DNA from: Amoebophrya sp. A120
Taxonomy: Eukaryota; Protista; Dinoflagellata
Direction of reading: 5' to 3'
Length of the DNA stretch: 64,000 nt
Assembly: GCA_905178155.1 (NCBI GenBank)
Contig: CAJINV010000019.1
Span: 76,237-140,236 of the forward strand
Positions 60,331 through 64,000 of the stretch are shown here, in pieces; position 1 is the first letter of the stretch; each line of letters opens with the position of its first letter. The translations under genes and the position numbers were made by a program. Under the pieces are notes generated by a model that was not told the origin of the DNA, did no database searches, and saw only the letters and a list, made by a program, of their open reading frames with translations.

Positions 60331-60819
60331 AGGTAGAGGCAGATTGATATTAGAATACAAGGTAAGCTACAACAGCTTCTTTTTACGTAGAAAACGACTC
60401 GAACTCAAAGCGCAAGTTGTTGAGGCTCAGACATACCACATCCGGCTGAGAACAAGAAGCTATACAAGAAGCAGCTACCGAAGTAGAATCGAAGGACTTT
60501 TACGTGTCGATGCTTTTACATGTCCTAACAATTGCGGAGAGGAACAAGAATTAAAACAGGAAAGCTCGTGCATACGAAAGAAAAAATACAACTGCAACTG
60601 CAATTGGTTTTGACAAGTAGTACATGGCACTGATTCAAATCCACCGACAACATCAACTTCTTCCTGCAGAGCTTCACCTGACATCCTGCAAGCCTCTCAC
60701 AAAGACAAATCAAAATTATAAACATGTCATTCATTACTATTTATTACATCTTGACGTGTTAATCCTATTCCTTGTCCCTGGCAACGTGCAGTGTGCCAGG
60801 CGTAGGCGGTGTGTTGGGT

Positions 60820-61150
60820 CGATCAACTGCAAATATCTCTGGGTCGGTGGTGCTGAATTGTGGATGAGACGCATTTAAGTATAGAAGATAGCGTCAAAGT
60901 GTATATGCATGTAGAAGCGAGCATGACAAGATGTTCTATTTTCTCATGCGTGGGACTGTACAAACACAAACAAACTGCTCTTCAGACGAGGAAAGGGTCA
61001 TGCAAGGAGATGAAAGATTCTACACTGGAATCTCTTTTTCATACATCTGATTTCCAGTGCCAGTCCAGGAACGAAAGCAAGACACGCAACACAAGTCCAC
61101 CTCAGCCCGACCCAGGATGGGAATGTTTTCACGAAGTAGATCTTCCAGAC
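60820..61150. mobile_element. Relic family A sequence, ends unresolved
   Basis: gatcaactgcaaatatctctgggtc, gcatgacaag and tcttccagac; no clean DR. Confidence 0.4.
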
Positions 61151-61844
61151 GGTCGATTTCCTCATTCCGGTCCGCCACGGAGGGGTCCCACTCCTGTGAG
61201 TAAGTGTTTTTTACGATAGTACCATACAAATTCTCAATAGAAAAAAGCGAGACCGCTTGTTTCTTTAATTCCGTTCTGCTCCGGACGGTTCTACTCGAGT
61301 ATGTTTGTCATTGATGTCAGTCGACTTTATCTCAAGCCGACCCTATTTTTAATACTGTTCGCTATCTCACCATGTAAGTACATGTTGGCCAGGGAGACGC
61401 TAGTAAGGCCCCAATTGGTATATATATTACCAATTCCTGCAGTGAAAGCAAAAGTAGAAGTCGGAAGCTGCTTTTTTTTTCTTGCGTTAAGAAAAAATAC
61501 CTACAACTGCAAAGCGGTAGATTCAAACCACAAACTCGAGATGCGACTTCCTGGACCAATATCGCATTAGATGCGACATTTCGCATGCATACATAAAAGC
61601 AATTGGTCCTGCAACACACTTGATGATGATTATGATGATGATGATTATGATGACTTAATACTTGTAAGACCCAGCTGTTTGGTCCATACGTTGTAAGGGT
61701 AAGCAAGTAAGTACTTACCGGCTGAACATCGAGGTGACTAATATGGAAAGAAAAAAACCCTGCACGTTCGTTCAATGCTGGTCTTTCTGCGGACTTATAT
61801 ATAGATACGCGCGCGGGCGCGCAAGTCGTTTGACAGCAGATCTT

Positions 61845-63388
61845 CAGCCATGACATCGAAGAAGTTTTGCCATTCCTGTTCTCATGATTGCAAAATTACG
61901 AGTACGATGGGCTTTTTTCTTCGGCTAGTTGTCTGGGTCCGATGCGCCGATGTATCAACTGCAAATATTTATATCCGGGTCTGGAAAGTTATCGTGCTAA
62001 TAGCTCCGTGCATGACAAAAGCAGCACGAGTAAAGGAATTATACTTACACAGGTAAGTAACATCACCCATTTGATGTGAGCGGTCCTGTTGTGCGTAAAA
62101 GACATGAGAAGCAGCGTTTTTGCATAGAAGAAAAAATCACCGCCATTGCGCAATATGTATTTACAGAATCCGGGAGCATAGAGGCTGCTGGTAGCTCAGC
62201 GTGACGATTTACAAGCCTGGAACCCTCCACGACCCAGACATATTTGCATTTAATACGATGTTCCAACCATGCGGGAATTGAGCCGCCCACTCAGCTTCGG
62301 TGTAGCATCCATCTTTGCCGGGACTCCATCAAAATGACAAATCTCCTCCCTCGACGTCCACACTCAAATACAAATTTGGGAAGCGGGTGAGGGATCTGTA
62401 GCGTGCACAATAACTCACTCTGCCATGCCAGAGAGAATATCACAGAAAAAGCAGAGCGTCGGAATGGATAGCGCCTAGACTCTTTGCTGGCTCAGCATGA
62501 CTGAAGAAGGCAGCAGAACAGCAGTTTTGCCCAGAATTGCCTAACAAATGGCAATGAGCCGATGCGTACTTACTATAGTGTCGTGTCACTTCGCGCTCGC
62601 CTTGTCGAAGGACAGAGCCGGTCTGTGGGTGTGGCGACAAATCAGCATGATAAAGAGATTTCGTTTTTGCGTCTGGGGAGAGGGGGAGAATTCCCGAGGA
62701 TAGATCGCCTGGAAGGGGCATGGGTCCCACTTCTGGAAAGAAAAATTCGCGACACGACAGTCACTATATTCATTTTGCTGGTTGTGCATGAGCGTGGCAT
62801 CACTCACAATTTTTCCTTGCATAGAAACGCGCCAAGTGTGAAAGAAATTCTCGGGGGAAAGAGCAAGAGCGTCACTGCTGTGCTCCCTCCTGTCGATCGT
62901 CGTGAATGTTGCATTTTTAAGCACCATGATAACCGTTTTTATCATGCAAGGATGGCACGAAGCGAACTTTGCGACGAACTTTTTGCGTTAGGTATCCAAT
63001 CGGCCTGGCACAATATGCCGTCATCCCCCGCCAGCATCCTACGAAAAAACGCCCCCCACCCATATTCAAGATGAGACCTTTGCGACACAAATCTTGTTCA
63101 ACCGGGGTGGCTAGAAGGTGCAGTCGCATCACGAATCCATTTTTTCTCCATTCTGATGCGGACATGATGAACTTCCAGAGAGATGAGCATCGAAAAACGT
63201 TTCGCATCCATGGAGCTGCGCATGAGAGATACATAATTTTGGCATGCAGACTCGCACGACAAACATGTTGGAGTGTTTTTGTTCTGCAAAAAAACCAAAA
63301 TGAGGCACAGCTTGGAGTTGGCCGACGGGACGTTTTTACTCAGGATAGCCAGCTTGGATGCTTCGTCCCAAGACATAACCTTGTCCAT
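61845..63388 (-). CDS. Probable short gene of unknown function; exon structure only partly resolved
   Basis: MDKVMSWDEASKLA|GDDGILCQ across element 63035 and PAWLEHR|RIGPRQL across element 61953; middle not resolved. Confidence 0.4.
61953..62255. mobile_element. Introner family A, diverged
   Basis: tatcaactgcaaatatt...gacccagacatatttgcatttaata; DR cgatg/cgatg. Confidence 0.85.
62327..62702. mobile_element. Possible decayed B-variant introner
   Basis: catcaaaatgacaaatctcctccc...ggggagagggggagaattcccgaggata; DR poor. Confidence 0.4.
63035..63347. mobile_element. Introner family B (left end CATC)
   Basis: catcctacgaaaaaacgccccccacc...gggacgtttttactcaggata; DR gccag/gccag. Confidence 0.85.
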
Positions 63389-64000
63389 GGTATGGGAGCG
63401 GCAGGAGGTGGGAAATCGACCAACTGAAAACATAATCTACCATGCAAAAAAGACACTTTGTTGACCAGTATGAAATGCGCCCACTAGCTTAGTTCGAGGC
63501 GCTCCACCTCGTTCATGGCAAATTCTCCCCACGCGTCGCGGCAAATTGGAAGGGAAGTGGGTCTATTGCTACCTGGGGGGGAAAAAGGTGAAATAATGTG
63601 GCGCGATTTTCCCGCCCACCATTTATGATGATAGATGAGACACCTGCGCGGCAAGAACTGCGGCGCCTCAAAGTCGGCGCCGGCAAGGATCGGGCCAGAC
63701 ACTCAGAATAAGTAGAAGGGCCGCCCACAGAAGTGACAAAAAATCAGCGGCAGGAGGAGACTGCATGTCCCCGCATGTGAAAGAGTGCGTCTCAGAGAGA
63801 GTGCCCATTTCCGTATATGGATGGCCGTGGAAAAATCGACGACAGAAAAAAGGCGCACGACTTAAATCTGAAAAGGCAGGAACTGGCAAGAAGGCGCAGC
63901 CGTTCACTCACTGAACATGCCCTCCAGAAAGCGCGCTCATTTTTTCACATGTGGGGAAATAGTCGCCAGAAAGAGAGCGCGCCCATCCGCATCCGACAAA

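Noticed and set aside
3481-60347. Long plus-strand ORFs (e.g. 13729-14304, 52740-53867, 54091-54897, 59652-60347)
   Set aside because: Antisense shadows of minus-strand coding regions with no recognisable domains.
117-63347. Many short ORFs sharing peptides such as QMQKCLGLE, PDPDIFA, SGSGR, YPVQKYRTR and LSKNVPT, resembling a repeat-protein family
   Set aside because: They are translations of the introner TIRs in different frames and strands, not genes.
1-64000. tRNA, rRNA or snRNA genes
   Set aside because: No convincing cloverleaf or conserved rRNA/snRNA motifs seen by eye; a covariance-model scan would be needed to exclude them.

Overview
Eukaryotic genomic DNA whose architecture matches the parasitic dinoflagellate Amoebophrya (Syndiniales); the organism is an inference from architecture only. 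About 11 protein-coding genes and one non-LTR retrotransposon (APE-RT-RNase H) all lie on the minus strand. The genes are interrupted by 61 complete MITE-like elements (plus 1 partial and 1 weak), 128-336 bp long, in six terminal-inverted-repeat families (A-F, my labels). Nearly all begin TAT and end ATA and are flanked by a 5-bp direct repeat (DR). Deleting each element plus one DR copy rebuilds continuous ORFs by hand translation: 924 aa across 13 elements, and ~3396 aa across 25 elements plus 2 GT-AG introns. They therefore behave as non-canonical introns ('introners'). Main new observation: where the two DR copies differ by one base, the difference is synonymous in 15 of 17 cases and falls at all five DR positions. 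This suggests both copies are under coding selection, so either can end up in the product. The elements also work in either orientation, share a GCAT(G/T/C)A(C/G)A motif across unrelated families, and occur only in coding sequence. Together this points to a non-spliceosomal, possibly recombination-like (DNA- or RNA-level) precise-excision system. All alignments and translations were done by eye; no database searches were run.
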